DNA from: a virus
DNA length: 64,000 nt
Direction: 5' to 3' (one strand)
IMG/VR virus record: IMGVR_UViG_3300038316_000118
Coordinates: 430-64,429 of that record
The first letter of the stretch is position 1. The number at the start of each line of letters is the position of its first letter. This document shows positions 47,290 through 57,220 of this stretch, piece after piece. The translations under genes were made by a program, and so were the position numbers. The notes beneath the pieces were generated by a model. It was not told the DNA's origin, ran no database searches, and saw only the letters and a program-made list of their open reading frames with translations.

Positions 47290-48083
47290 CTCCCAACAAT
47301 AATGTTACATATATGATCAAGTTTCTCTAATCTATAGGATAAGTATTCCAGTAAGGAGGTAATATCTTCACAAGAAACATCCCAACTGTCCGGCAAGTCT
47401 TTAATTACATCTTCTAAAACTGAAAGATTCAGTCTATTTTTGAAATCAGTTGAATGGCTTAATAATATATCTAAATTCTTAGGTAAGTGCTCCCAGAAAT
47501 AACCGTAAATTAAAGAGTTATATTCAATAATTTGCCTGTCGAGGTAGTCGTCAACTGACATGCCTTGTTGAAAACAAATTTTATCCCAAATGCATGCATT
47601 TTTAAATACATGGGTGTGGTCAATTATATATAATCTAACTGTACTATCGCTGGTTACAAGCAAGTTTCCTTTATTTCTATCTTTATTATAAATCAGGTGG
47701 TCAAATAATATTATTTTATAAAAATCCTCTTTATTGCTAATCTGCGGAATTATGGCTGAGTTTATGACTGTCGCCTTATTAATTCTCGTTGAGAAAAAAC
47801 AATGCCCATAATTTTCGGGGGAAAAGACATCTTCATCGCATAGATGCTCAGTATCTCGATCTATTATTGCGATACCAGCCTCTGGAATCGGCAAGTCTAG
47901 TATTTTGCTTAATCTATAACAAATATATTCATTCACTAAGACTCGATTGCCTTGAATATTATTATATGTTTTTACATAAACCCTGTTACCGGTATTTAAA
48001 AGTGCATCTAAGGGCTCTGTAGAAAAATCCGGATAACTTCCGTACACTTTATTAACATGCAAATAATCCAAATTTATCACCAT
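47286..48083 (-). CDS. HipA-like Ser/Thr kinase
   Basis: YVK, NEYICYRLS, FDHLIYNKDRNKGNLL, IIDHTHVF. Confidence 0.8.
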   Translation of the reverse strand: MVINLDYLHVNKVYGSYPDFSTEPLDALLNTGNRVYVKTYNNIQGNRVLVNEYICYRLSKILDLPIPEAGIAIIDRDTEHLCDEDVFSPENYGHCFFSTRINKATVINSAIIPQISNKEDFYKIILFDHLIYNKDRNKGNLLVTSDSTVRLYIIDHTHVFKNACIWDKICFQQGMSVDDYLDRQIIEYNSLIYGYFWEHLPKNLDILLSHSTDFKNRLNLSVLEDVIKDLPDSWDVSCEDITSLLEYLSYRLEKLDHICNIIVGR

Positions 48084-48330
48084 TTGTAACTTTCGAATTC
48101 CAACAATTTCAGCTGCGTCTTTTTAGAATATATAAATACGACATTTAACATAACATTCCTTCTTTCTCCTTCCTATATCTTCATATTGACCGCAAGCCTA
48201 ACTACGTAGACGGAAAGGCGGCAGGAAAGTAGAAGGAGGATGGCAGGAGATCTGGGGCATATGTCCTGTTTGTTAAACAGCCTTGTAAAATAAAAAAAAG
48301 CGGCACCTAAGCAAGTGCTCGCTTTATTTA

Positions 48331-48380
48331 TTGTGGGGATTAAGTGGTAGCCCCAAGAGAATACCATTTAATCCCCACAA
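48331..48380. other. Putative attP of the serine integrase
   Basis: 19-bp arms TTGTGGGGATTAAGTGGTA / TACCATTTAATCCCCACAA (1 mismatch), 12-bp spacer with central AA, ending 2 bp from the integrase stop. Confidence 0.75.
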
Positions 48381-48381
48381 G

Positions 48382-49854
48382 CTACAGAGATAGTTCTTTG
48401 AATTCGACCTCCGTTCTATCTGGGTAGACAAGCACTTGTTTTATCGTTTTCCTTATTGCTGCCAAACACTGAACCTCATCGTTCCGGTCAAATTTAATTT
48501 CTTTTTGTTCACGCAAAAAATCGACAAGCCTTTGCTTGTCTAATAAATCTATGGGCACGCCAGCTTTTTTAACTTCTTCTTTCAATTGGTCACGCCGTTT
48601 TCCCGCTTCATTTAACTTGCTTGCTAATAATCTCGGGTCGGCACCGCTTGCGATAGCATTAGTGAGATTATGCAACTCCTTTTCGGTTTTCGTTAGTAAT
48701 TTACGCAATTCTTTTTGTCTGTCATTTTTCTCGAAGTCTTTTTTTAACTTAGTTATCAATTTATCTGCCATGGATTCAGGATTTTTAATAGATGCCGCTC
48801 GTTTTTCTATTCTGCCTAATACCTCTAATTCTATAGTATTCTTGGGATACCTAGTGCTGTTAGTGCATTCTTTGGTGCGTTTGGCTAATCCACATTTATA
48901 ATATCCGTAAGTGGCAGAGCTATTTTTATATTTTCTGGTGTTAGTATCTCCGGCCATTGCCTGTCCGCATAGACCGCAACGAATTAAGCCTGTTAACAGG
49001 TAACGTATCTGTTTACCTTCGTTTGGTCTTGGCTGACAACGGGATTTATCCATTATTTCTTGTACCTTATCAAAGGTATCTTTATCAATAATTTTGGGTA
49101 TGGCATTTTCTATTCGCATAGTTTTAGTCGGATCTTCTGCCTGCCTACTGCTATTAGGGCTTGTCTTGCGAAAAACAAAGGTGCCATTATACTTTTCATT
49201 CCTCAAAATATCATGTAAGGAATTAGGGCCAAAGGGACGTCCGCTTTTTGTCTTATAACCCAATTTATTCAGTTCATCGGCAATCTGCTTATAACTATAG
49301 CCTTCTAGTTTTCTTTCAAATATTACTTTTATGGCTGGGGCCTCTTCTTTATTAACAATATATTTGCCGTCTTTATCTAGGCTATAACCTAACGGTGGTA
49401 TTCCACCACAATGTTTTCCCTGCATAGCGTTTTCAGTATGCCCTTTCTTAACTTCTCTTGAGAGATTCTTCGAGAAATATTCTGCAAATCCTTCAAGTAT
49501 GCTTTCCATTAATCCAGCTTCCGGCCCTTCGCCGAAGTCTTGCTCCACAGCTATCAAGCGCGCACGGTGTTTTTTTATCTCCCTCCTATAAAAAGCTGCG
49601 TCAAACCTATCTCTGGCGAAGCGATCTAGTTTATGGACCAAAACTAAATCAGGACTTGTTTCGTCGAGTTCTGCGATCATACGCTGAAAATCATCTCTAT
49701 TGTCGCTGGTTGCGCTTTGGGCTTCATCAACATATACTTTTGCTATATTTATTCCGTGTTTGTTTGCATAATCATATATAACCCGGAGCTGGGCAGATAT
49801 AGACTCTTCTCTTTGATTGGCCGAACTATACCTTGCATAGGCAACCGCTCTCAT
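48382..49854 (-). CDS. int: Large serine integrase
   Basis: YARYSS, KLDRFAR, recombinase domain, zinc ribbon CGLCG...YYKC...C, coiled coil. Confidence 0.92.
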   Translation of the reverse strand: MRAVAYARYSSANQREESISAQLRVIYDYANKHGINIAKVYVDEAQSATSDNRDDFQRMIAELDETSPDLVLVHKLDRFARDRFDAAFYRREIKKHRARLIAVEQDFGEGPEAGLMESILEGFAEYFSKNLSREVKKGHTENAMQGKHCGGIPPLGYSLDKDGKYIVNKEEAPAIKVIFERKLEGYSYKQIADELNKLGYKTKSGRPFGPNSLHDILRNEKYNGTFVFRKTSPNSSRQAEDPTKTMRIENAIPKIIDKDTFDKVQEIMDKSRCQPRPNEGKQIRYLLTGLIRCGLCGQAMAGDTNTRKYKNSSATYGYYKCGLAKRTKECTNSTRYPKNTIELEVLGRIEKRAASIKNPESMADKLITKLKKDFEKNDRQKELRKLLTKTEKELHNLTNAIASGADPRLLASKLNEAGKRRDQLKEEVKKAGVPIDLLDKQRLVDFLREQKEIKFDRNDEVQCLAAIRKTIKQVLVYPDRTEVEFKELSL

Positions 49855-49872
49855 AAATGCACCCTCCTGCTG

Positions 49873-50802
49873 TTACGGCTTGCAGACCTTGCAGGGCGTA
49901 TACCCTGCCGCTTTCGCATCTGTTAAACTCATAGGAATCCGGCTCTTGCTAAGATATCTACAGCCGTCCCGGTGGTACTTTGCGCCGGTATTTGTTACAT
50001 AAACCGTGGCTGTTTGCGGTTCAACCTGCGGTTGCGGCTCAGGGGCAACGGTAGCTGGTGCAGGAGCCGGGGCAGGCGTAGTTACAGGCGGAGCTGCAAC
50101 TGTCTCAGCGGGCTCCTCTTCGACTCCCCACAGCCCTTTATCGCTCTCCCGGGCTTCTCTCTGGAAATTGGTAAATATGTCCGCATATTTGACGTCAGGC
50201 GGGTATGTGGCGATTTGCGCATAACCTTCCAGCAGCAGCTTGGCGTTATACATTTTGGCCCGGACTTCTGCCTCATCCTCAATGTCCGTGGGCTGCTCAA
50301 GCCAGACATAACGAAGCAGCCGACCATACTTGTCGGTGTCCGATACATCCTTTTGCAGATAGATCGTCTGGCCGGCTTTTATTTGTGACGCGGTGTAGTC
50401 GCTGGCCAGCTTCCCGTACTCATTATTTCTGGACTCGTCCGGATGTACTGATTCGGGCGTATCTACTAGAATCAGGCGCACCCGCTTTTCTTCGCCGGCA
50501 ACATTCACGGCCAGGGTATCGCCGTCCACTACCTTTACGACGGCAGCCTTCTCCAAGTTGACAGGATATGTATCGTTAGGCTTTTGGGCGGCTGTCTGCA
50601 CTGCCGCCTGGTTTGAGGGGGTGCCGTCCGGTTCGACTGGAGCCGGTGCATTTGCTGCGCCCACTATCATTACGACAAAGGCAAGCCCGGCGCCGGCCAG
50701 CCATTTCTTCCAGATGGGATTACGTTTTATCCCCATTGTAATGCTGCCCACTATGGCAACCATTGTTCCAAGCAGGCCGATAATTATCATTGCGTCCCAC
50801 AT
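49873..50802 (-). CDS. Membrane-anchored thermonuclease (SNase) with a C-terminal zinc-binding module
   Basis: VVDGDTL, VRLILVDTPE, DKYGRLLRYVW; YHRDGC...GYTPCKVCKP. Confidence 0.85.
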   Translation of the reverse strand: MWDAMIIIGLLGTMVAIVGSITMGIKRNPIWKKWLAGAGLAFVVMIVGAANAPAPVEPDGTPSNQAAVQTAAQKPNDTYPVNLEKAAVVKVVDGDTLAVNVAGEEKRVRLILVDTPESVHPDESRNNEYGKLASDYTASQIKAGQTIYLQKDVSDTDKYGRLLRYVWLEQPTDIEDEAEVRAKMYNAKLLLEGYAQIATYPPDVKYADIFTNFQREARESDKGLWGVEEEPAETVAAPPVTTPAPAPAPATVAPEPQPQVEPQTATVYVTNTGAKYHRDGCRYLSKSRIPMSLTDAKAAGYTPCKVCKP

Positions 50803-50815
50803 AGTTAACCCCTCC

Positions 50816-51943
50816 CTATGGTAGTGGTAGTACGATGGCCTTGGTTTCCTTTATGCTATCCGGGAGCTCTCCGACTTTCCAACCGACATCCGTTGTTTCA
50901 AGGTAATAATACCTTTTCCCATCAATCAAGTAATAAGTTCCTTCTATGGTATCTTTCCCCAATACCCCTACGGCGCAATGGCTCGGCAGGATTACAAGGG
51001 CTGAACCATAGCCCAATTGCTTGAGTAATACTGCGGTGAGAATTGCGGTATCTTCACAGTCGCCTTTTCTTTCAAAGAACGTTTCAATCGGATAACGTGG
51101 ATATTCGTCGTACCCGGATGATATGGAATCCGATACATAAGGGAAGCTTTGCACGAATGCTATTGCCAGATAGGGTATCTCGTCTCTTGGTATTCCTTCC
51201 CTGGTTGCTATTTCTGTTATCTCTTTCGCTAATGCGTCTATCATATACAGGCTGTCCTCGTCGGTACAATAAGTTAGAACATAGTCTAGCTGAGTTCTGT
51301 GCGGATGCGGCATTTCGCGGTAGTGGTCAAGAATTATTTCTACCGCCCGCTGGGTGACGCCAGAATCCCACGACCATTGATTTCCGCCGTATGTCCATTC
51401 ATAAGGGGGAATGGGGGTATCATCTTCTTCTGCCGGAAAAGCTGGCGTAACCGGGGTATTATCCCATTGCCCGTCGCTTTGGGAGATTAAAACCCCATTG
51501 GTTTCCGGTGCCCAGCTCACGGTTTCGCCAAATGCTTCAGCTATATATCTGGCCGGAAGAAATACACGGTTATTGCGATTAACTGGCACAACGTCCATTG
51601 ATATAGAAGGGTTAATGTTACTCCTCATGACGGTATCCCCAACAGATAAATATATTGTTCCGTAACCTTCTTTGGTTAAGCGCACTGTTTCGGTGGACGC
51701 ATCCCATACGATGTTGGCCTCTGCAATATTTAAAGCATCAGCCAAATACCTGATCGGCAGATATGTCCTGCCATTTTCCACGAACGGCGCAACGTCCATT
51801 GGGTAAACATATTTACCTGATATGTATTCCTCTGAGCCAACTAAAAACAGTGTTCCGTTAAGCCCTTGTGCGTTGGCCTGCGCTGGTGCGGCAAAGACCA
51901 ACATCACTATAACCAGGGTTAACGCCAATACCCTTTTGCGCAT
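50816..51943 (-). CDS. Exported protein: copper-amine-oxidase N-terminal-like domain plus transglutaminase-like domain
   Basis: Signal peptide; NGRTYLPIRYLADAL; GDCEDTA, H and YLETT. Confidence 0.75.
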   Translation of the reverse strand: MRKRVLALTLVIVMLVFAAPAQANAQGLNGTLFLVGSEEYISGKYVYPMDVAPFVENGRTYLPIRYLADALNIAEANIVWDASTETVRLTKEGYGTIYLSVGDTVMRSNINPSISMDVVPVNRNNRVFLPARYIAEAFGETVSWAPETNGVLISQSDGQWDNTPVTPAFPAEEDDTPIPPYEWTYGGNQWSWDSGVTQRAVEIILDHYREMPHPHRTQLDYVLTYCTDEDSLYMIDALAKEITEIATREGIPRDEIPYLAIAFVQSFPYVSDSISSGYDEYPRYPIETFFERKGDCEDTAILTAVLLKQLGYGSALVILPSHCAVGVLGKDTIEGTYYLIDGKRYYYLETTDVGWKVGELPDSIKETKAIVLPLP

Positions 51944-51976
51944 AAAAATCCTCCTTTAAAAAGCCTGGCATTTTGC

Positions 51977-52240
51977 CTATGGTTTACAAACTTTGCACGG
52001 AACGTATCCAGCTCCCTCTGCATCATCCTTGGTGCTAAACCATATTTCGTTTTCGGGTTTTATTTTGCCTGCCCACTGGCAACTAGGATTATGGTATTTA
52101 TCTGAATTGATGCTGCCGACATACTGGACTGTTGACTCGGATTCAGCCGGCGCTGTGGCCTGGTCAGCTTGGCAACCAGCAATAAGTAGGCAGACTACCG
52201 TTAATAAGACAACGGGCAACTTTTTGAGATATGGTTTCAT
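51977..52240 (-). CDS. Lipoprotein with an Ada-like metal-binding domain
   Basis: Lipobox LIAGC; KYHNPSC...GYVPCKVCKP. Confidence 0.75.
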   Translation of the reverse strand: MKPYLKKLPVVLLTVVCLLIAGCQADQATAPAESESTVQYVGSINSDKYHNPSCQWAGKIKPENEIWFSTKDDAEGAGYVPCKVCKP

Positions 52241-52266
52241 TCTCCTTCCTCCCTATAAAAATAACC

Positions 52267-53022
52267 TTACAGGGTATTCGCATATTCCAATAAAACCAGT
52301 ATTCCTATAAATAAAATGACTACAAGCGTCGCTCTAATAAGGCCTATTCTTTGATGAGTTACGGAGCAGCAATAATATGTATCCCACTTAGTTGCCCCTG
52401 TTGATTTCAAGTAATTGTAGCTGATTGACAACGTAACTAGATTAATTAAAGGAATGCCGGCCCCTGCTCCTTCTGAAAATGCCCAAAAAGAACGTAGCAA
52501 AGCTTCTTTGTAGCTTAAGAGCCCTCCGTCAATTTTAGAAACCTTGGTACTCAATGCTAGTTTTGCGGGAGTGTATCCTAATCTGCTGATGAATAAAGCC
52601 TCAAGAAAAGGCCATGTTAAAGCAAAAAGTATATAAAATTCTATGTCGGATATATCTTCGTACGGCGCTAATATGCCAATTAGCACACCCAAAGCTATGC
52701 CATATATGTACATGTCTAAAGTGCGCGCCCAAAATCTAACCCATGGTCGTATCTGAGAAACTTCCGGAACCGTATCGACACGCGAAGGCTCTTCGGTATG
52801 TATTGTTGTTGCGGCTTGCTCGCGCCAATCATCGTACATCTGCCTTTTTACCGGGTTGCTCAGGTTTTCGTACGCTTGGTTAAGCAATTTCATTTTCTCA
52901 GCCGAACCCCCGGCATCCGGATGATGCATTTGGGCTAATCTGCGGTATGCTGCCGATATTACTTCGGGGCTAGCAGTTGGGCTAACCTGAAGTACTTCGT
53001 AATAATCAATCATTACTGCCAC
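52267..53022 (-). CDS. J-domain (DnaJ) plus RDD membrane domain protein
   Basis: DYYEVLQV...HHPD; RPWVRFWARTLD...TPAK. Confidence 0.8.
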   Translation of the reverse strand: MAVMIDYYEVLQVSPTASPEVISAAYRRLAQMHHPDAGGSAEKMKLLNQAYENLSNPVKRQMYDDWREQAATTIHTEEPSRVDTVPEVSQIRPWVRFWARTLDMYIYGIALGVLIGILAPYEDISDIEFYILFALTWPFLEALFISRLGYTPAKLALSTKVSKIDGGLLSYKEALLRSFWAFSEGAGAGIPLINLVTLSISYNYLKSTGATKWDTYYCCSVTHQRIGLIRATLVVILFIGILVLLEYANTL

Positions 53023-53040
53023 CTCGGTTTAATGGTTGTC

Positions 53041-53568
53041 CTACAAATAGTTGTCAAGGTTGGTTTCTTTACTGTCCTCGGGTATAAGCGGAGTGCGTTT
53101 ATACATGGACATAACTGATTCGCTTCTTTTAAAATAGACTGGTATAAAAACAATTAGCAATATAATCCATAGGGCGAGCAAAAAGTAAGGCCCAGCAAAC
53201 CAGAGAACAGGAATGCCGCAAACACAGGCAAGGAAGAAAACATCAAGCATGCCAGATACTTCGCTAAAAGCCACAAGCGCCCACACTATTGAAAGAGAAA
53301 AATATAACCAATAATTGCCTCCCATATGATTAACAAAATACAGACTAAATGCGTATATGACAAAGGCATACAAAGCCCCTGATGTCGCATGGTTAAAAAC
53401 GCCCAGCGTTAATAATAACCTCGGCCTGCTTTCGAAGAGTTCTTCACATGGTTTGTCTGACATGGCAATCCAGAGTAATATTGGACCGCCTAAAACGAAT
53501 CCGGAAATAAGTTTAAAAATATACGAAACAATGCCTGCAATCACAATATAGACAACAAAACTACCCAC
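53041..53568 (-). CDS. Multi-pass membrane protein
   Basis: Several hydrophobic segments. Confidence 0.6.
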   Translation of the reverse strand: MGSFVVYIVIAGIVSYIFKLISGFVLGGPILLWIAMSDKPCEELFESRPRLLLTLGVFNHATSGALYAFVIYAFSLYFVNHMGGNYWLYFSLSIVWALVAFSEVSGMLDVFFLACVCGIPVLWFAGPYFLLALWIILLIVFIPVYFKRSESVMSMYKRTPLIPEDSKETNLDNYL

Positions 53569-53988
53569 TAAGAATCAACTCCCTATAGGCAAATATCCCC
53601 ATTGTCACAAATTACCTTTGCCCTGACATTCCACATATTGCTATACTCGCATATGTGGTTCCGGACTGAATAATCGCTTGCTTCTTCCTTGTGGTGGAGG
53701 ATAAGATATTAGGAGGCGACGAACCACGTTTTCAGTCAACCAGGATAATGATTATAAGCACAGAGCCGTGCCTATAATAGGTAGTTTTGGAAGCCTGCCA
53801 GTTATCCTGGTTGCCTATTTCCTGTCTCTTAACCGCGATCGTGACAGTTAATATCACAGAATTCATGGTTCGCCCCTCCCCTTATGTATTTTGTGTACTG
53901 AATAAATAAACCAATAAAACCACCTTCCTTTCATAAAATGTCGAATTTCCCCTAAAGACAGCAAAGCCCGGCCATACGACCGGGATGT

Positions 53989-54375
53989 TTACTTTTTTTG
54001 TTCCAAAACCAACATGAGTTGCCGTCGTGCCAGTTCAACAGCTTCAGCGGCCTTTTCTTCTGTTATAAGCCCATCCCCAATGGCCTGCTTCAAGGCCATC
54101 CGTGTATCTTCCAAAATTTTATCAACATCTGAAACGCTGTAAATTTGAGCAGGTTCGTTGACTTCCAGTTTGATGTTGTCAGGAGGAACGCCTAATAATT
54201 CATCAGTTGTAACATTAAAAAACTCAGCCATAGATTTAACTAGGTTGCTATCAATTCCGCGCTTATTGTTTTCATAAAGAGATATTGCGGTTTTGGATAA
54301 GCCAAAATATTCGCCCAATTGACTTTGGGTTAACCCCTTTTTGTTTCGTAATTTCTTCAGATTGTTTCCTGACAC
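53989..54375 (-). CDS. CI-like XRE repressor
   Basis: LKKLRNKKGLTQSQLG...SKTAISLYENNKR; GGAGGG RBS with GTG start. Confidence 0.85.
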   Translation of the reverse strand: MSGNNLKKLRNKKGLTQSQLGEYFGLSKTAISLYENNKRGIDSNLVKSMAEFFNVTTDELLGVPPDNIKLEVNEPAQIYSVSDVDKILEDTRMALKQAIGDGLITEEKAAEAVELARRQLMLVLEQKK

Positions 54376-54399
54376 AATATCCCTCCTAGCATTAATCTC

Positions 54400-54521
54400 A
54401 TTGTAGTTTTCAAATAAGCAACTAGCAAGTGGGTTGCCATATTGAAAAATTTTTATGTAAAACCTATTGCAATTTTCAAAATGGCAACTATAATAGTAGT
54501 TAAGGGTTGCCAAAACGAAAA
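54400..54521. promoter_or_regulatory. Lysis/lysogeny switch: divergent promoters and four 16-bp operators
   Basis: Operators at 54407-22, 54433-48, 54473-88 and 54506-21 (approximately GTTGCCATWTTGAAAA); leftward TTGCTA-17-TACAAT, rightward TTGCAA-16-TATAAT. Confidence 0.8.
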
Positions 54522-54538
54522 CAAAGGGGGTGCTTGCA

Positions 54539-54766
54539 ATGCAAAAATCGTTAAAGAGCATAAGGGCTGAAAAAGGTATAGGGCAACAGTTTATGGCAAA
54601 CCAGTTAGGTATTTCAAAGACCCATTACTGCAATCTAGAAAACGGAAAGAGGCGTCTGTCTTACGCTATGGCTTTACAGATATCCCAAATATTAAAGGTT
54701 CCAATACAAAATATTTTTTTTGGAGAACTGGATGCCAAAATGAAAACCGGAACCGATTGCAGATAA
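54539..54766 (+). CDS. Cro-like HTH protein
   Basis: LKSIRAEKGIGQQFMANQLGISKTHYCNLENG; divergent from the repressor. Confidence 0.85.
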   Translation: MQKSLKSIRAEKGIGQQFMANQLGISKTHYCNLENGKRRLSYAMALQISQILKVPIQNIFFGELDAKMKTGTDCR

Positions 54767-55224
54767 ATAACCCACTAATATCCTTCCCCGCACGGCGCGG
54801 GGATAAACATACAGGAAGGAGGCAAGAAGAAATGGCCCCGTCAGGAACAATTACTGACTGCTTATCAGGGAAGGCGCTGGAGCAAATCGCAAATAGAGTT
54901 ATTGTTGTTCTCAAGGGATCCGGTCTGAGCCAGTCCCTTGCAAGTAAGGTGCTGGAAATGGCTCAGAAGGGATACCAAGAAACTATTTCGCAGCCTTCAA
55001 CTCATTAAGTATTTGCCCTAACTTTGTTGCAATCTCAGCCAGGGCGCATTGGGAATAAGTATCTGCATGGACCATTAACGCACAATCGCCTGAGCATATT
55101 TTGCCTGAAAACGGGCAGTCGTAAGAACCCAAAATTACACCTCCCTTCAATTTGATAGCCTGACATCTACCAAATTCGACACAAGGAAGGGTAATCCTGT
55201 AAACCGCATAGAGGAGGCGAAATC

Positions 55225-56025
55225 ATGAACGAGTTAATTGAAAAACAAGAACTACAGGTTAAGGAAGTTGATTACGACGGTGTAACGATGCTGGCATGCA
55301 TGGATGACCAGGGAATTATCCGCGTGGGCGTCAGAAGTATATGCGACGGACTAGGAATTGACTACAGCGGACAAATGCAACGAATAAACCGTGACGATGT
55401 ACTTCCGCAAGGGGTATGTAAAATACAGATACCTACAAACCAAGGAATACAGGAAACTAATATGATGGATATCGAATATCTGCCATTCTTCCTAGTCGGC
55501 ATCAAAGCTTCAATGTGCAAACCGAAAGTTCGGCCCGCTCTCAAAGAATTTAAGGTTAAGGCTAAAGATGTCCTGGCTGCGGCATTCCTGCCACAAACCC
55601 AACCTATGACCGAGCTTCAAATCCTCCGCGGTGCCATTGACCAGATAGAAGTCGCCCAACGCATGGCTCTCGAAGCCAAGGAAGAGGCTGCCCAGGCTAA
55701 TCAACAGATACAGGCGGTGAAAGAGGCGATCATTCAGACTGACCGCGACTGGCGCCGGTGGGTAAACAAGCAGCTACAGCGCATTGGCTTTAAGCTGGGT
55801 GATTACCAGGGCATCAAAAATGAAAGCTACGACCTGCTTAAGCAGCGTGGTCGCTGCAACCTTGACCAACGCCTGGATAATTTGCGCAACAGAATGCGCA
55901 CTGCCGGCTCTACCAGAACCCAACTGGCAACCGCGAATTACCTGGATGTTATCGAAGCCGAACCCAGACTAAAGGAGATTTATACCGCTATAGTCCGGGA
56001 ATTATCCGTTAAATATGTAGCCTAA
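55225..56025 (+). CDS. Phage antirepressor (P22 Ant N-terminal-like)
   Basis: RSICDGLGIDYSGQMQRI...EYLPFFL. Confidence 0.75.
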   Translation: MNELIEKQELQVKEVDYDGVTMLACMDDQGIIRVGVRSICDGLGIDYSGQMQRINRDDVLPQGVCKIQIPTNQGIQETNMMDIEYLPFFLVGIKASMCKPKVRPALKEFKVKAKDVLAAAFLPQTQPMTELQILRGAIDQIEVAQRMALEAKEEAAQANQQIQAVKEAIIQTDRDWRRWVNKQLQRIGFKLGDYQGIKNESYDLLKQRGRCNLDQRLDNLRNRMRTAGSTRTQLATANYLDVIEAEPRLKEIYTAIVRELSVKYVA

Positions 56026-56382
56026 TTATATGGTTCTTTGAAAACTGCATACCCCCAACACCATAACGAAAGCGAGGTGATAATATGCCAAAGCCGCTAA
56101 CAAGGCCCAGGGCGGTGACAGACAAAGGTTTTATCCCAGAAAAAGTATTAATTGATTTATGGGCTGCTTATTATCTTGATTATGTCAAGAAGCAAGGCGT
56201 TTTCTCTTCCCCCAACAAGGAGCCGAAAGGCCATAATAAGCGCAGAAAGGAGGAACCCAGATGAACCCTTACAGATGGCTCGTCCACCGCTGCGAGGCCA
56301 GCGACGCCTTTTCCTGGGGAGTGGTTGTGTTCGGCATTATTGCAGCGTTGTTTATCGGATTTTGGAGATAGGGGGTGTATGC

Positions 56383-56616
56383 ATGGACATTGATAAATTC
56401 GTGGACTTAGCCTTCGAGAAGCTTGTCCTGGAGAAATACCTGAAAAACATGAAAGACGGCAAGATAACGCCGGAGTACTGCCTGGAGCTTATATCGCGGG
56501 CAGCAGAAGCAGAAGCCGTAAACGATATTTTGCAGCAGGAAATCGACGGCCTGAAGAAAACCATAGCCCAGCTTTATGATGAATTATCCCAGTTCAAGGC
56601 GGCCAACGCTATTTAA
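56383..56616 (+). CDS. Hypothetical protein
   Basis: GGGGGT RBS. Confidence 0.5.
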   Translation: MDIDKFVDLAFEKLVLEKYLKNMKDGKITPEYCLELISRAAEAEAVNDILQQEIDGLKKTIAQLYDELSQFKAANAI

Positions 56617-56666
56617 TTCTCAAAGAACTTATAGAAATATTATCCATCAGGAAGGGAGGTGTGAGA

Positions 56667-56966
56667 ATGGCGAACAGTGTCATAGGGCAGGCGGTCAAGG
56701 AGAAAAGGCGGCAGGCCAATATGACAGTAAGGGAGCTGGCAGAACTGGTACCGGCAGATGACAGAACTATTTTCCGGTACGAGGCAGAGGGAAGAATCAG
56801 GCCGGACGTGCTGGCGAGGCTGGCGCAGATTTTCAGGAGCAAGGACTTAACGGAGTGCTACTGCCGGGAATGTCCGGTGAAAAACGTTAAGTTCAAGGGC
56901 CGCCGGCTATCTTGGTGGCAAAGGCAGATAGAAAAAATAAGAGCCGCTCTTGAAGCGGCCCAATAG
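56667..56966 (+). CDS. XRE-family HTH protein
   Basis: KEKRRQANMTVRELAE...RTIFRYEAEG; YCRECP. Confidence 0.7.
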   Translation: MANSVIGQAVKEKRRQANMTVRELAELVPADDRTIFRYEAEGRIRPDVLARLAQIFRSKDLTECYCRECPVKNVKFKGRRLSWWQRQIEKIRAALEAAQ

Positions 56967-57220
56967 AAAACTTGTAAATAAATCATACCACAGAGCCCGT
57001 AGAAAATCAACTTTGGGGCGGCGGGGACCCGTGGGGGAACGAATACCCGATCAGCTCCCCGGAGGCGGCAAGAGCGCACGGGATAGCCGCCGACCGCCCC
57101 AATTAATCTATTGCCTACTGCGATAGGCGCAGGAATACCCGCAAGAACCGGAAAAGGAGGCGAAAGCCGTGAATGAGTGGAGGTTTTCGCCATACAGGAT
57201 AGAGAGGAGGAGGCATAGAG

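Noticed and set aside
53570-53985. Expected ImmA/IrrE protease gene downstream of the repressor
   Set aside because: Only short ORFs without HExxH were found; no feature called.
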